Positions 63,061-64,000 of a DNA stretch of 64,000 bases are shown here, one piece after another. The stretch covers positions 53,196,001 through 53,260,000 of the forward strand of contig OZ024745.1 of NCBI GenBank assembly GCA_964016885.1, in the 5' to 3' direction. The notes beneath the pieces were generated by a model, which was not told the origin of the DNA, made no database searches, and worked only from the letters and a program-made list of their open reading frames with translations. Source of the stretch: Eledone cirrhosa. Taxonomy: Eukaryota. Each line of letters starts with the position of its first letter. The stretch's first letter is position 1. The position numbers were made by a program, and so were the translations under genes.

Positions 63061-64000
63061 AATGAGGGAGCAGCCATCGGCGTCAGCATAGCTGGCGATG
63101 TTGCCAACCTTTTCATGGTATGGTGGGAAAGGAGACTTAAAGATCTCCTTAATGAAAGCTCCATAGACCTCATCATGTACTCTCGTTATGTAGACGATAT
63201 CAATATAGTTATAAGAACACCCCCACTAGAGAGCACTAACAAGTTTGATTTAGAACGTAGCACGATGGAAAGCATCCAGCAGATAGCTAATTCCATACAC
63301 CAGAGTATAACTGTAACTATAGACTTCCCTTCCAAACACCCTAACAATAGACTACCTGTATTAGACACAGAACTCTGGATTAACACTATAGACGAGAGAG
63401 CCCAAATTCTCCACTCACACTATGCTAAACCCATGGCCTCCAAATACCTGATACTCAAAAACTCAGCAATGTCCAGTAGTGCTAAGTTTAATATTCTGAT
63501 CGCAGATTTGGTACGAGTGATGAAGAATGTGTCCAGCATGTGCGACCCAACAGAAATGGAAGGACACATCCAACACTTCATCAACCGCATGCAGTTCTCT
63601 GGCTACAACCAAAGAGACAGAGTCAGAGTATACGAAGGAGCCATGGAAAAGTATAAGACCCTCATAGAACTGGACATGAAAGGAATTTGCCCACTATACA
63701 GGAGCAAATCATGGAATAGCTTAGATAGGGCTAGACATAAGATAGGGAAGGCCACATCATGGTACGACAACCAGAGATATCAGAGTGTCATGTTTGTGGA
63801 CGCCACCCCTGGAGGGAAATTAGCTAACCAGTGTAGAAAGGCCCTGAGAAAGACCCACTTAAAAATAAAGGTGGTAGAAAAGCCAGGAACCACCATAAAA
63901 TCCCTGATCAGCAAAACCTACCCTTTTAAGAAAACCCACTGTACCAATAGGAAATGTATCATATGTAAGGTGAACCCCCGGATAAACTGTAAAACTAGAA
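63061..64000 (+). CDS. Mirror copy of the same PLE RT/GIY-YIG frame, open at the window edge and absent from the ORF track
   Basis: AAT GAG GGA GCA GCC ATC GGC... translates as NEGAAIG..., continuing as the mirror of the minus-strand ORF. Confidence 0.88.

Larger units (their letters stand above)
61400..64000. mobile_element. Penelope-like element as a large head-to-head inverted duplication, running off the window
   Basis: 62108-63048 is the reverse complement of 63060-64000 with no mismatch noticed; 11-nt spacer. Confidence 0.93.

Noticed and set aside
63051-63176. N-terminus of the 470-aa minus-strand ORF
   Set aside because: It is the antisense of the mirror arm read across the palindrome centre, not a native start.

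Overview
This is AT-rich, microsatellite-saturated eukaryotic DNA. The SINE families and the (TA)n/(CA)n/(TACA)n load suggest an octopus or other coleoid genome, which is inference only. I can support no host gene or exon, and nearly all short ORFs in the track are microsatellite or antisense noise. The window is a mobile-element graveyard. It holds two L1/Tx1-type LINE copies (13.9-17.5 kb decayed; 29.9-32.2 kb with an open RT frame and a 19-bp TSD), two Penelope-like elements (PLEs) encoding RT plus GIY-YIG (33.6-36.7 kb; 61.4 kb to the window end), RTE and REL-type LINE fragments, two non-autonomous Helitrons, two TIR elements and several tRNA-derived SINEs. The most striking signal is a recurring asymmetric fold-back architecture seen in about 13 insertions of at least 8 sequence families, almost all inside (TA)n tracts. 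Two copies of an element's 3' end sit head-to-head; one arm carries an extra 30-140 nt tail and the other usually stops at an internal TA-rich motif. Many arms contain minimal hammerhead ribozyme motifs. In one copy both arms begin exactly at the predicted ribozyme cleavage site and enclose a captured piece of a neighbouring Helitron. Inverted PLE insertions, microsatellite bias and PLE hammerheads are known individually; the strict tail/no-tail rule and the cleavage-site junction are what merit follow-up. All alignments were done by eye, so coordinates may be off by a few nt.
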